Below are positions 1-8,599 of a DNA stretch of 64,000 nucleotides, piece after piece. Source of the stretch: Patescibacteria group bacterium. GTDB taxonomy: Bacteria > Patescibacteriota > UBA1384 > UBA12157 > JAENIV01. The translations under genes were made by a program, and so were the position numbers. The stretch spans positions 6,855 through 70,854 of the forward strand of contig JBEKTP010000001.1 in the NCBI GenBank assembly GCA_049515915.1. The letters run 5' to 3'. The notes beneath the pieces are model-generated. The model was not told the origin of the DNA, ran no database searches, and saw only the letters and a list, made by a program, of their open reading frames with translations. Each line of letters begins with the position of its first letter. Within the stretch, counting starts at the first letter, position 1.

Positions 1-193
1 CGTTAGTCACCAGATTGACAATAAAAGGTATCACGAGAAGTCCGGGGATATTTCCTTTTATCGCTTGATAAAAAACAAAGCCATAGGAAATGGCGATCAA
101 AATATACAAAAATGGCCAAACAATACCGAAGAGGTAAGGAGGCGGTGACAGCGGCGGCCGCTTAAAAGTTTTGTAGGTTTTCTGATAGTCCAT
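1..193 (-). CDS. tspO: TspO/MBR tryptophan-rich sensory protein (runs off window edge)
   Basis: Manual translation MDYQKTYKTFKRPPLSPPPYLFGIVWPFLYILIAIS matches the TspO N-terminal KP..PP..F..VW..LY motif. Confidence 0.85.
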   Translation of the reverse strand, partial: MDYQKTYKTFKRPPLSPPPYLFGIVWPFLYILIAISYGFVFYQAIKGNIPGLLVIPFIVNLVTN

Positions 194-234
194 ATTTTTA
201 TTTTACTCCAAACTTTTGATGAATTTGACGATTT

Positions 235-501
235 TTAGTTTATTTTTCTTAATTCTATTTTGACTTTTTCTAATATTTTTTTGCGATTCTCGGGTAAGTT
301 TTTGCCGGCGCGATTGATGTAAAAGGAAAGCATGCTCATGGCCGAATTATACGGCATCCGGGCTTTGCGCCGAGTGCTAGTTTTGGCCGATTTCATTAAG
401 GAACGGGCGATCCGTTTCGGATCATCAAAACTAAAAATTCCCGGCTCCAAATCCAAAGCATTACTTTCTTTTGTAACTTTCCCCGACCAATATTTTTTCA
501 T
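235..501 (-). CDS. DUF3175-like small basic protein
   Basis: WS..VT..SNALDLEPG.F and SAMSML.FYINRAGKNL motifs. Confidence 0.8.
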   Translation of the reverse strand: MKKYWSGKVTKESNALDLEPGIFSFDDPKRIARSLMKSAKTSTRRKARMPYNSAMSMLSFYINRAGKNLPENRKKILEKVKIELRKIN

Positions 502-519
502 AAAATATCTCGGCGATTT

Positions 520-924
520 TTAGTTCGATTTATATTCTTTAGGTATAATTTCGAATTGCTTTTTACCTACTTCAAAAGTTAATTTAACTTTATTAAAGAA
601 TCCTTCGTGACCGAGAATCCCGAATCCATACGGGTTAATATCTCGTGTGAATATTATCGGCACATCTTTAAAAAGCCAACCGCCAATTTCTAAATCTACT
701 TTGTGAATATAACCTCGACCGGTACCGCATATTCCACCGAAGGGGTATTCGTCGCCTTTTTCCAAATCGATATGAAGTTGTTCGGCAACCTCCGCATGGA
801 CAATTGCTATATCGGCACCAGTATCAATTAACGCTTGATAGGGAAAAGATTTGCCGCCGGATTTAAAAACAACCGGCAAAACCGGTTTGTAAAACATCTG
901 AAATTTTACATATGGAAATTTCAT
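520..924 (-). CDS. Retropepsin-like (clan AA) aspartyl protease
   Basis: ALIDTGAD catalytic motif and GILG(H) C-terminal motif. Confidence 0.85.
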   Translation of the reverse strand: MKFPYVKFQMFYKPVLPVVFKSGGKSFPYQALIDTGADIAIVHAEVAEQLHIDLEKGDEYPFGGICGTGRGYIHKVDLEIGGWLFKDVPIIFTRDINPYGFGILGHEGFFNKVKLTFEVGKKQFEIIPKEYKSN

Positions 925-925
925 T

Positions 926-1126
926 TTAACAGCCGATGTAGGACAATATTTTTTCAGGAACTTTAAAAGTTAGAGGGACTTTTCTCTTACCATATTTCTT
1001 CTCAAACTTATTTAATGCCTGAGATAGTTTTTTGTCTGCAGAAAGAACCGTCGTCTGATTAGAATCCAAAACCACCCATTGCCCTTTATAATCTTGATAA
1101 ATTTTTGTCTGATCAATAACTTTCAT
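926..1126 (-). CDS. DUF5678-like small protein, coupled to the aspartyl protease
   Basis: YKGQWVVL motif; GGAG upstream of ATG at 1126; 1-nt gap to protease gene. Confidence 0.65.
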   Translation of the reverse strand: MKVIDQTKIYQDYKGQWVVLDSNQTTVLSADKKLSQALNKFEKKYGKRKVPLTFKVPEKILSYIGC

Positions 1127-1195
1127 TTTCACTCCAACATTATTATAACACAATTATTTGACATCCAAAATTTGGAGGTTCGACGATTTTTATTG

Positions 1196-1702
1196 CTATA
1201 TTATTTCGTCAATTAAACCTGCCTCGAGGGCTTCCCCTGCAGAAAAATATTTGTCTCCCAACGCAGCAGCCTCGATTTGTTTAACTTTCTCGCCACTTCT
1301 AGTAGCATAAATTTCAAAAAATTTTTCATCCAATTTTCTAAAAGTGTTTAATGCTTCCTGAGCATTATCAACATAACCGGCCACTTGAACACTACTTTTA
1401 TGGAGCATCATTTGACTATTAGTTGTCATCAACCTTTTTTCACAAGCTTGTAATATCAAAGACGCCCCAGAAAAAGCAATCCCTGATACAACTCCAACGG
1501 TTTTTCTTTTGCAATTTTTAAGTAAGTCGTAAAGCCCAAGAGCAGTATGAGTATCGCCGCCAGGCGAATTGATAAAAACAGTTACTTCATCATTTTCTTT
1601 AGTGGAATTCATGACCGCTGAAAATCTTGCCGTAAAGTTAACATAAAATTCTTTATTATCTATCGGCCCCGCTACCCAAATTGAATTTTTGTATTCAGTC
1701 AT
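1196..1702 (-). CDS. ClpP-like serine protease
   Basis: FINSPGG, GIAFSG (Ser), MLH (His), DKYFSA.EA...GLIDEI. Confidence 0.85.
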   Translation of the reverse strand: MTEYKNSIWVAGPIDNKEFYVNFTARFSAVMNSTKENDEVTVFINSPGGDTHTALGLYDLLKNCKRKTVGVVSGIAFSGASLILQACEKRLMTTNSQMMLHKSSVQVAGYVDNAQEALNTFRKLDEKFFEIYATRSGEKVKQIEAAALGDKYFSAGEALEAGLIDEII

Positions 1703-1740
1703 CGAGTTATCCTTTTTAATTATAATTTTTCAACTTTGAG

Positions 1741-2421
1741 TTAAAAGGGTGTTTCATTGTCTGGACTTTTGTAGCCGTGAGTTATTTGGTCACCAACATG
1801 GCGGTATTTGCACCACTTGCAGTCTTCGGCTTCGGCTGGCAAGGGCCCAGATAAAAGATCATCAATAATTTTGGCGAACCTAAGAAAATGCGCCTCATCG
1901 CAAGGAATTTCCAGCCACTTGGGCGGAAAATCTATTTTAGCAATGCCATTCTTGAACTTCACCATGTCTGGATAAAAAATCAAAAGCCCAAGCTTGGTAA
2001 TTTTTAACGACTCGCCGCTACTCGGATTTTCGAGAGCAAATTTATAAGCGCCGAGCTGGGTTTTATACTTTTCGATTTTATCTTCGGCCGGCTGGCTGAT
2101 TTTTAAGTCAATTAAAGTGTGGGTACCATCGCTATTTTTGACCAATAAATCGTATTTTCCTTTGATGTAAACATTCGTTTCCGGCACCGGCATCGATTCG
2201 ACCCAGCCTTCTTGTTTGATAACTTCTCCCTCAGGTAGATCTTTGGAAATGGATTGTAAATTTCTCCCGACTAAATCTCCTTGGAGCCGACTGTTGATCG
2301 CCGCAAAAACTCCCGGCATCGGCATGCTAGGCTGATAGATTCCAGCTTTGACTTTTAAGCAATAGCAAAGCTTACATTCTTCGTAAAGGTAGGCGAAATC
2401 CGACGGTGACAGTTTATACAT
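1741..2421 (-). CDS. PD-(D/E)XK nuclease, Cas4/AddB-like with Cys cluster
   Basis: LSPS, CxxC, GKYD, IDLK, QL.AY and CKWCKY motifs. Confidence 0.8.
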   Translation of the reverse strand: MYKLSPSDFAYLYEECKLCYCLKVKAGIYQPSMPMPGVFAAINSRLQGDLVGRNLQSISKDLPEGEVIKQEGWVESMPVPETNVYIKGKYDLLVKNSDGTHTLIDLKISQPAEDKIEKYKTQLGAYKFALENPSSGESLKITKLGLLIFYPDMVKFKNGIAKIDFPPKWLEIPCDEAHFLRFAKIIDDLLSGPLPAEAEDCKWCKYRHVGDQITHGYKSPDNETPF

Positions 2422-2430
2422 AAAGTTATC

Positions 2431-3333
2431 CTATCTATCCGGTGCGTTATCGTAACCTTGCTTGATAACCGACATAATATAATCGGCATTGGCGTTGTTG
2501 ACAAAATCGTGATACCACAGAGCGGTCGTGCCCCATTTGTAATTCGCCGGAACTTTCTTAAATATCTTTTTGGGATCGTCAATTTTTGTCGATCGAACAT
2601 ACACTCTAATTTTTTCTTTTGACAAGTTCAACGAGCAAAAATTATGATATTGAACTTTATAGCCAATATAATTTTTAACCGGTTTTGCCTGAATACGACT
2701 ATCCAGATTTATTATTCGCTCATGCATTTCCTCGAAAAGTGTTTTCACATTTCCACTGACGCGACTTAAGTGATCGGCAATCGTATATTCTTGAATCTCC
2801 CGACTAACTTCTTTGACTGGTTTAGTTTTTAAAATTGATGAAATCGAAATGTCCGATTTGGGAGTTTCAATTTGCTGAATTTGAAAAATATCATTTGACC
2901 AATCATACTTCCAAAGTTCAAAAGGAACACCTTTAAATCCCAAGGCGTTTGTTTGGTGAGTGTTAAAACTTCGAGCAATAAAAATTACCCGCGCTTGAGA
3001 CCAATCAATTTCTTTTTTTCCAATTTTACTTTCAAGAACAATTTGATAGTCACCTTTGTGGTTTAAGAGCCAGCTTAAGTAAGCCATGCCTTGATCAATG
3101 ACGCTTTCATGAGAATCTTTTTTATATTCTATAAGCACGGGGCCTTTTGTTTCTGAATCGTAGGCAATCGTATCAATCGAAAGTCCCTGACCTCCGAATT
3201 CAGTTCTTAGAAATTCTAAACCAAAAATCTCTTTGAGATTATTGTCAACTAATGTCTGCAACTCAAGTTCACTTTTAAAACTTTCTGACTTAAGGGCCTT
3301 GAACTTGTTATTTTCAATTTTAAATATCGGCAT
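2431..3333 (-). CDS. NucS/EndoMS-like nuclease domain fused to DUF5655-like domain
   Basis: E.ELQ, IDT.A.D, IEYKK, DQG.AY N-terminal motifs; K.YIGYK C-terminal domain. Confidence 0.7.
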   Translation of the reverse strand: MPIFKIENNKFKALKSESFKSELELQTLVDNNLKEIFGLEFLRTEFGGQGLSIDTIAYDSETKGPVLIEYKKDSHESVIDQGMAYLSWLLNHKGDYQIVLESKIGKKEIDWSQARVIFIARSFNTHQTNALGFKGVPFELWKYDWSNDIFQIQQIETPKSDISISSILKTKPVKEVSREIQEYTIADHLSRVSGNVKTLFEEMHERIINLDSRIQAKPVKNYIGYKVQYHNFCSLNLSKEKIRVYVRSTKIDDPKKIFKKVPANYKWGTTALWYHDFVNNANADYIMSVIKQGYDNAPDR

Positions 3334-3385
3334 AATACCCAAATTATATTACTTTAGGACTTTTTAATCCAGAAACCTCTAGTTT

Positions 3386-3529
3386 TTATTTCTTCTTTGG
3401 TTTCTTTCTTCTTCCCGTTACTAAAGTTCGTGCATATCCTGGTTCTTTTTTCTCTGGCGTATGTGGATTTTGAAGGCCTTTCCCGGCTTTACTTAGCTGA
3501 GCTTTTGTTGGTTTTTTATTTTTTGCCAT
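3386..3529 (-). CDS. Small basic protein (47 aa), absent from ORF track
   Basis: MAKNKKPTKAQLSKAGKGLQNPHTPEKKEPGYARTLVTGRRKKPKKK; SD-like AAGGTGGTGA upstream. Confidence 0.6.
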   Translation of the reverse strand: MAKNKKPTKAQLSKAGKGLQNPHTPEKKEPGYARTLVTGRRKKPKKK

Positions 3530-3618
3530 TATTACTCACCACCTTTCTCAATCACTTCTTCAACTTTTTTTTCGCTTCTGCTAAAAGCGCTTTGGATTTT
3601 TGGTGAGCAGTGTGGAAT

Positions 3619-3780
3619 TCAAAATTCCTCAATACCTTGGTACTCCAGTTTCTTTTTGTATTCCGGCATTGTGTCGCCATTTTCCAAGCAAACATCGAGC
3701 ATAAAGGTTTTTGGATTCGCCCAGCTTTCGACATCCACTCGCCCTTCACCGTATTTGCTTTTCACTAAAACACAAGTCAT
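3619..3780 (-). CDS. Small hypothetical protein (53 aa), absent from ORF track
   Basis: MTCVLVKSKYGEGRVDVESWANPKTFMLDVCLENGDTMPEYKKKLEYQGIEEF; perfect SD AAGGAGGT. Confidence 0.6.
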   Translation of the reverse strand: MTCVLVKSKYGEGRVDVESWANPKTFMLDVCLENGDTMPEYKKKLEYQGIEEF

Positions 3781-3823
3781 TTATACCTCCTTTTAAAAAT
3801 ATTCAATCGACGATTTTTAGTTC

Positions 3824-4309
3824 TTATGTTAAATCTTTTTGCAATGTTACCAATTCTAATTCTTCATTCGTTTTTTTATTAATAACATTACTAATAACTT
3901 TTCTGCTTGTGATTTGGGTAAAACCGATTTTACGGTAAAATTTGCGTGTTCGTACATAAGGTTCATATTTAATTTTTTCAGATAATGTTTCAACTTTTAA
4001 TTTATTGATGTCTAATGTTATTAATATTTCTTCTAATTCGTGGACTAAAGCTTGACCAATGCCTTTTCTTTGATAGTCTGGTAAAACTCCCAACCAACTT
4101 ATAAACACTTCTCCCTCAAAAGAGCTATAGGTTAGAAAACCAACAATTTTTCCATCACATTCGGCTACATAGCCTTGATGAAAATTCAAATCATTCGGAA
4201 TTTCGAAAGTCAGCGCGTAATTATCAAACCAATCATGAAGATTTTTAGCAATCTTTATTATTTCCGGCCGATCTCGTTGTCCAAGTTTTCTAATTTTAAT
4301 ATTTTGCAT
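3824..4309 (-). CDS. GNAT family N-acetyltransferase
   Basis: LGVLPDYQRKGIGQAL motif A; RKFYRKIGF. Confidence 0.9.
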   Translation of the reverse strand: MQNIKIRKLGQRDRPEIIKIAKNLHDWFDNYALTFEIPNDLNFHQGYVAECDGKIVGFLTYSSFEGEVFISWLGVLPDYQRKGIGQALVHELEEILITLDINKLKVETLSEKIKYEPYVRTRKFYRKIGFTQITSRKVISNVINKKTNEELELVTLQKDLT

Positions 4310-4442
4310 TTATTTAAATCCCTCGACGATTTTTGATTCATATTAATTATACTCCAAAAACTATATAAACCTTTATTTTTTAAATAGATATAGTATAATA
4401 AACACGATTTGGATTCCAGCGTCAGAAGGAGGTGAACAAATC

Positions 4443-4763
4443 ATGGCCGATGAGAAGACCTACGCGCAAAGACTGGCTGAGACCCAAGCGATGTCCACCG
4501 AGGAGATTCACGAAGCCATCAGAGCGCGCGAGGCAGCTGGAAAACCCTGCGGCATACTCCACAGGGTATTAGCGGATCGTTCCGACGAGCGGGCCAAAAC
4601 GCTCGGTATCGATCCGCCCAGACCAGGAAGAAAGACGTATTCTGAACGGTACTCCGAGACCAGCTCCATGTCTACAAGCGAGATCAGAGCCAAGATCGCA
4701 GAACGCAGGGCTCAAGGCAAGGAGGTCGGTGTCCTCGAGCGCGTTCTTTCAGAACGTGAGTAG
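4443..4763 (+). CDS. GC-rich hypothetical protein made of two ~43-aa repeats
   Basis: SD AAGGAGGTG, TATAAT upstream, internal duplication KTY...MST.EI......GK..G.L.RVL..R. Confidence 0.8.
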   Translation: MADEKTYAQRLAETQAMSTEEIHEAIRAREAAGKPCGILHRVLADRSDERAKTLGIDPPRPGRKTYSERYSETSSMSTSEIRAKIAERRAQGKEVGVLERVLSERE

Positions 4764-4791
4764 CCGCCCAGGCCAGTTGAACGATCGAACG

Positions 4792-4830
4792 AAACCGCCT
4801 AGTAGCTTTAAAGCGAACGGCGGTTTTATT
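4792..4830 (+). terminator. Intrinsic terminator
   Basis: AAACCGCC...GGCGGTTT hairpin followed by T-rich tract. Confidence 0.6.
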
Positions 4831-4893
4831 TAGATAGAATAACCCAGAATTTCCCTCGGTGATTTTTAGTTCGTGCTTTTTAAGTCAAGATAC

Positions 4894-5421
4894 CTAACTC
4901 TTTTTCTGGTTTTCTTTTGAATAGTACCAGAGAGCCTTGTCTAATGTTCGCAACGATACTTGATATTTTTCTGATAGTTTTCTTAATTCTTCAGTATATT
5001 TTTCCCAAAATCCAAAATCATAGCTTTTGGGCTGTTGCCATCCTAATGACCAAATAGCTCTGAAATCTAATATTGGATATTTATTTGGATATGCAAAATG
5101 TAAAATTACAGATGCAACCGGCCACGATGCACCTTTAATCAATAATAATGATCCAATGCTCGCTCTTTCATTTTTTGTGGATAATGCGAAGCTAGTTATT
5201 TCTCTAATAAACTCGTCGTCATTATTTTCATAATGTTTCTTGGGACGTTTTGACTTCCAAAGCCCGAGTATTACAAAATGCCTTTTATCCAAGTATTTAT
5301 TTGATAAAAACCAGTTTTTTAATTCCTTTTCATATTTTTCGTCGTCCGTTGCCCGAAAAATTGAATCGTATTTATTGCTATATTCTATTATTTTTTCTCT
5401 TGATAGTTTCATTTCTTTCAA
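4894..5421 (-). CDS. HhH-like DNA glycosylase-family protein
   Basis: WKS motif, IKGASWPVASVILHF..P..YPILDFR, LDKALW. Confidence 0.6.
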   Translation of the reverse strand: MKEMKLSREKIIEYSNKYDSIFRATDDEKYEKELKNWFLSNKYLDKRHFVILGLWKSKRPKKHYENNDDEFIREITSFALSTKNERASIGSLLLIKGASWPVASVILHFAYPNKYPILDFRAIWSLGWQQPKSYDFGFWEKYTEELRKLSEKYQVSLRTLDKALWYYSKENQKKS

Positions 5422-5427
5422 TAATTT

Positions 5428-6204
5428 TTATTTCTCGCTTATTATCTTCGGGCACAATGAATTCAAATAACACTTTTGACAATCTGGATTTTTTGGTCGG
5501 CACCAGTTGTGCCCGATTTCCCAACAAGACAAATCAAAAATTCCAGGATAATCCGGATGAAGTTCGCGGGCAGCATATACCAATTCTTCAGAATTTTCTT
5601 TTTTTGTAAAACCAATCCGCTTAAATACCCGTCTCAAATGAACATCTGGCGAGACATCAATACAAATTTTATCTTTTACTTCAATCTTGAAATCTCTAAC
5701 AAGGATATTAGCGGCCATTGTAGAAATTTTAATCCCTACACCCCTAAATTCTTGAAACCTTTTAACTAGCAAGGCACTACTTGGTTTTCCCAACCAAATA
5801 TTTGCCGCATTGCTTTTATATTTATTTTTTATGTCTTGCAAAGCATAAAAAAAATTCTCAGCCATATCAGTATTGAATCTATGAAGTTTCTTATTATTAA
5901 AAAGTTCAATATATTGTTCTTTGCTTAATTTTAATAATTCAGTTATTTCAAAAGTATTTAACTCTTGAGAGATTTTGTAGGGTATAACCCAAGCTCTTTC
6001 GGCGGGGATTTGCCGATCCATAACACAGGCAAGCACAAATGCGTGTGGATATTTATCCAGATTATTTAATAATTTTTCGGCTTGGTTATTATTAGTAGTA
6101 AAGTTGACAATTTCTTTGGGTCTATCCAAAAGAGCCTGACCACGTTTTATCAGTAATTCGCTAATTTCCGCTTTTTTAAATTCATTATCCATCCAATTCT
6201 CCAT
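5428..6204 (-). CDS. HhH-GPD endonuclease III-like glycosylase with 4Fe-4S loop
   Basis: FRGVGIKI HhH, PDVHLRRV, C-terminal CRPKNPDCQKCYLNSLC. Confidence 0.85.
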   Translation of the reverse strand: MENWMDNEFKKAEISELLIKRGQALLDRPKEIVNFTTNNNQAEKLLNNLDKYPHAFVLACVMDRQIPAERAWVIPYKISQELNTFEITELLKLSKEQYIELFNNKKLHRFNTDMAENFFYALQDIKNKYKSNAANIWLGKPSSALLVKRFQEFRGVGIKISTMAANILVRDFKIEVKDKICIDVSPDVHLRRVFKRIGFTKKENSEELVYAARELHPDYPGIFDLSCWEIGHNWCRPKNPDCQKCYLNSLCPKIISEK

Positions 6205-6240
6205 TCATTGATTTGTGCAAAACCGAATCGAAAAGTTCTT

Positions 6241-7380
6241 TTATAATTCCCCTTCAAATGCGCTAGATAGGATGGATTGTTTGAGAGAGGAAAGATCGGC
6301 GAGCTGGTTTTGCTGAAGGGTTTTGAGTTTTTCGACTTTTTCTCGCAAATTATTGAGATAAGCAACAATCTTTTTTTGTTCCGAAATCGACGGAAGCGGG
6401 ATTCTTTCTTTTTTTAAAATTTTATAATGTCTGCTGTATCCCAAGCTTTCAAGATCTAAATCTTGAAGAGCATAATAAAAATATTTTGGATTGAATTCAT
6501 CTTTCGGATCTATGATTTTGGTGCCATCTGCCCCGATGGCGAAAACAAAATCAATATATTTAAAAATTCGAGTATGGTCTCCAAAAATAATTACCGGCAA
6601 TTCCCCTTGATACGTGGTATATTTATCATTTGTGTAACCGCCAATCAAAGACGCACCTTGATCAACAATTGGATAATTTCCTTCTCTATAGTAATTTGTC
6701 TTAGCAATTCCTTTTATTTTTTTTGGTAACTTTTTAATACATTCGGAAAATTCTATCATTTTATTTTTTTTACTGATATTTTGTAAAACTTTTTTAAGAG
6801 ACGAGCAGAAAATCTGATTTGTTCCTACGAGAGATTTTTGGCGGAGGACGATGGCTTTGTCAATTTTTTCAAAATATTTCTCAATCTTCGCCACGATTTG
6901 TTTTTGGATTTGGAGAGGCGGGATAGGGATTTCGAGATTAGAATATTGTTGGGCATTTATATTGGGTTGTGTAACCTGATTTAGTGTCCTTGAAATAAAG
7001 TTTTTATAATAGGGGCTTAATGAATATAGAAAGAAAAATTTGGGAAGCACTTTATTTTTATCCAGCTTAAACCGAATTAAATAAGATGCGAACAATGCGG
7101 GTTTTGGCAAATCTGTTTTATTAACTAAATACATTCTGCCAACTGAGCCGCTTCGGGCAATTAAAATATCATCATTTTCCAAAGCATATTTTTTGAAAGT
7201 TACTTCATTAGTATCAATAAACTTAGGATTAGCAAGATTTAACATTCCTGAATCATTTATGTCCGTTATCCGAAGATATAAATATGGTTTTTCTTGTAAA
7301 CTTGCTTTAGCCGTAAAACCGTATTGTGGTTTTGTCTTTAATAATTCTCCTATTTTTTTTATCGGCCAGTTAGTTTTCAT
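6241..7380 (-). CDS. hsdS: Type I R-M specificity subunit
   Basis: Two TRDs with IPIPPLQIQKQIV and IPLPSISEQKKIV conserved regions; SIL..AF.GEL end. Confidence 0.95.
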   Translation of the reverse strand: MKTNWPIKKIGELLKTKPQYGFTAKASLQEKPYLYLRITDINDSGMLNLANPKFIDTNEVTFKKYALENDDILIARSGSVGRMYLVNKTDLPKPALFASYLIRFKLDKNKVLPKFFFLYSLSPYYKNFISRTLNQVTQPNINAQQYSNLEIPIPPLQIQKQIVAKIEKYFEKIDKAIVLRQKSLVGTNQIFCSSLKKVLQNISKKNKMIEFSECIKKLPKKIKGIAKTNYYREGNYPIVDQGASLIGGYTNDKYTTYQGELPVIIFGDHTRIFKYIDFVFAIGADGTKIIDPKDEFNPKYFYYALQDLDLESLGYSRHYKILKKERIPLPSISEQKKIVAYLNNLREKVEKLKTLQQNQLADLSSLKQSILSSAFEGEL

Positions 7381-7976
7381 TTTGATTTCCTCATCAGACC
7401 ATTAATGATTTTCCGATCGAAATAAAAAAGGAGTAATCCCAATCTTTGTAAACAGTCAATGAAAACAAAATAAGTAAATTGCCCCATCGGCGTTCGCTGT
7501 AAATCCTGTAAAATCTTTCTTTTTCTCTCATCTATGTGAAAAAACTCAGCGTTAAACCATAAATCCACAATTTCTTCTGTTTTTAAATTTTGATTATTCA
7601 CCTTAAGTCTCATCCCACCGAGAGGGAAATTATCTTTTTTCTCTAATATTTTTCCCCAATTTTCGCGACACCCAACAAGTTCTTTGATGATTTCTTCATT
7701 TTTACAATTTTGAAAAACAAAGTTACAAACTGAATAAAAATTAATCGATGAATTTTCTGCAATAAAATGCCGGAAATCTAAAATAAAGGCTTTTGTCGAT
7801 TGCTCATCCGGACCGGCCGATTTCACAGTTAGACCTTCATTTTCGCTATAGTTTAATTGCAAAGAAACATTTTTATAAAAATTCCTGTTGGAATGAAGTT
7901 TCTGAACTTTATCGTGAAAATCACTTAAAATCCTATCATATTTTTCGTTTACAATATCCTTATTATTAGTTTTCAT
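7377..7976 (-). CDS. Hypothetical helical protein, possibly HEPN-like
   Basis: Overlaps both neighbours by 4 nt; LWFNAEFFH motif. Confidence 0.5.
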   Translation of the reverse strand: MKTNNKDIVNEKYDRILSDFHDKVQKLHSNRNFYKNVSLQLNYSENEGLTVKSAGPDEQSTKAFILDFRHFIAENSSINFYSVCNFVFQNCKNEEIIKELVGCRENWGKILEKKDNFPLGGMRLKVNNQNLKTEEIVDLWFNAEFFHIDERKRKILQDLQRTPMGQFTYFVFIDCLQRLGLLLFYFDRKIINGLMRKSK

Positions 7977-8599
7977 TTAACTAATCCAATAAACTTTAAA
8001 AATCTTATTCCTTTTTCAGTAACAATATAGCTGTCATCGATTTTTTGAATCATTATATTTTGTAATAGAACATTAAAAATCGATTCGCGTTCTAATTTAT
8101 CTGGGATTCTGGGCTCATAAATAATGTTGAACAGGTCTTTTGTGAATGACCCAAGATCGTGAGCCCACTTTAAAACAATTTTTGTGTTTGGCACAAAGAA
8201 TAGATTAAGATATAAAAATTCATACAATTCAGACCGTTGAACAAGATAATTGATGAAATTCTCTTTTTCCTGAATTTTTTTTTCCTTTTCTTCAGATTCA
8301 CCTGATATTTTCAAAAATTCTTGATCTAATAAGTTAATTTGTTCTTCTGTCAAAGTAATTCCTTTTTGTTCCAGTGAATTTTCAATCTTTCTGTCAATGT
8401 TTTCCGGTGGCCGCTGAGTCGCTTCCACAGGACCAACTCTAAGAGAGTAAATATTTTTCAGAAATTCTCGGATAGAATCACTGAATTTTAATATAAAAAT
8501 TAGTCCTAAAACGAAAATAGCAACAGGCCATGACAAGACAGCTTTTAAATATTCTGGGATGACTTTAATAATTTCTAATGTCATAAATTTCTTACTCAA
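7973..8599 (-). CDS. Membrane-anchored coiled-coil protein with C-terminal winged-helix-like motif
   Basis: N-terminal SWPVAIFVLGLIFIL TM helix; YIVTEKGIRFL wing motif. Confidence 0.55.
   Translation of the reverse strand: MSKKFMTLEIIKVIPEYLKAVLSWPVAIFVLGLIFILKFSDSIREFLKNIYSLRVGPVEATQRPPENIDRKIENSLEQKGITLTEEQINLLDQEFLKISGESEEKEKKIQEKENFINYLVQRSELYEFLYLNLFFVPNTKIVLKWAHDLGSFTKDLFNIIYEPRIPDKLERESIFNVLLQNIMIQKIDDSYIVTEKGIRFLKFIGLVK

Larger units (their letters stand above)
225..4872 (-). repeat. Dispersed 17-bp direct repeat at gene boundaries, consensus GAACTAAAAATCRYCGA
   Basis: Copies at 225-241, 510-526, 1180-1196, 3807-3823, 4323-4339, 4856-4872; degenerate copy 5418-5434. Confidence 0.75.

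Noticed and set aside
1741-2421. Cas4-like nuclease as sign of a CRISPR-Cas locus
   Set aside because: No cas1/cas2 and no regularly spaced repeat-spacer array in the window; the 17-bp repeats are gene-length apart.
3552-3749. 65-aa ORF from the track
   Set aside because: Overlaps a better-supported 53-aa ORF with a perfect SD in another frame.
225-4872. 17-bp motif as canonical attC, dif or LexA box
   Set aside because: No RYYYAAC/GTTRRRY hairpin or XerC/D arms; only a half match to GAAC-N4-GTTC, and copies lie mostly at gene 3' ends.
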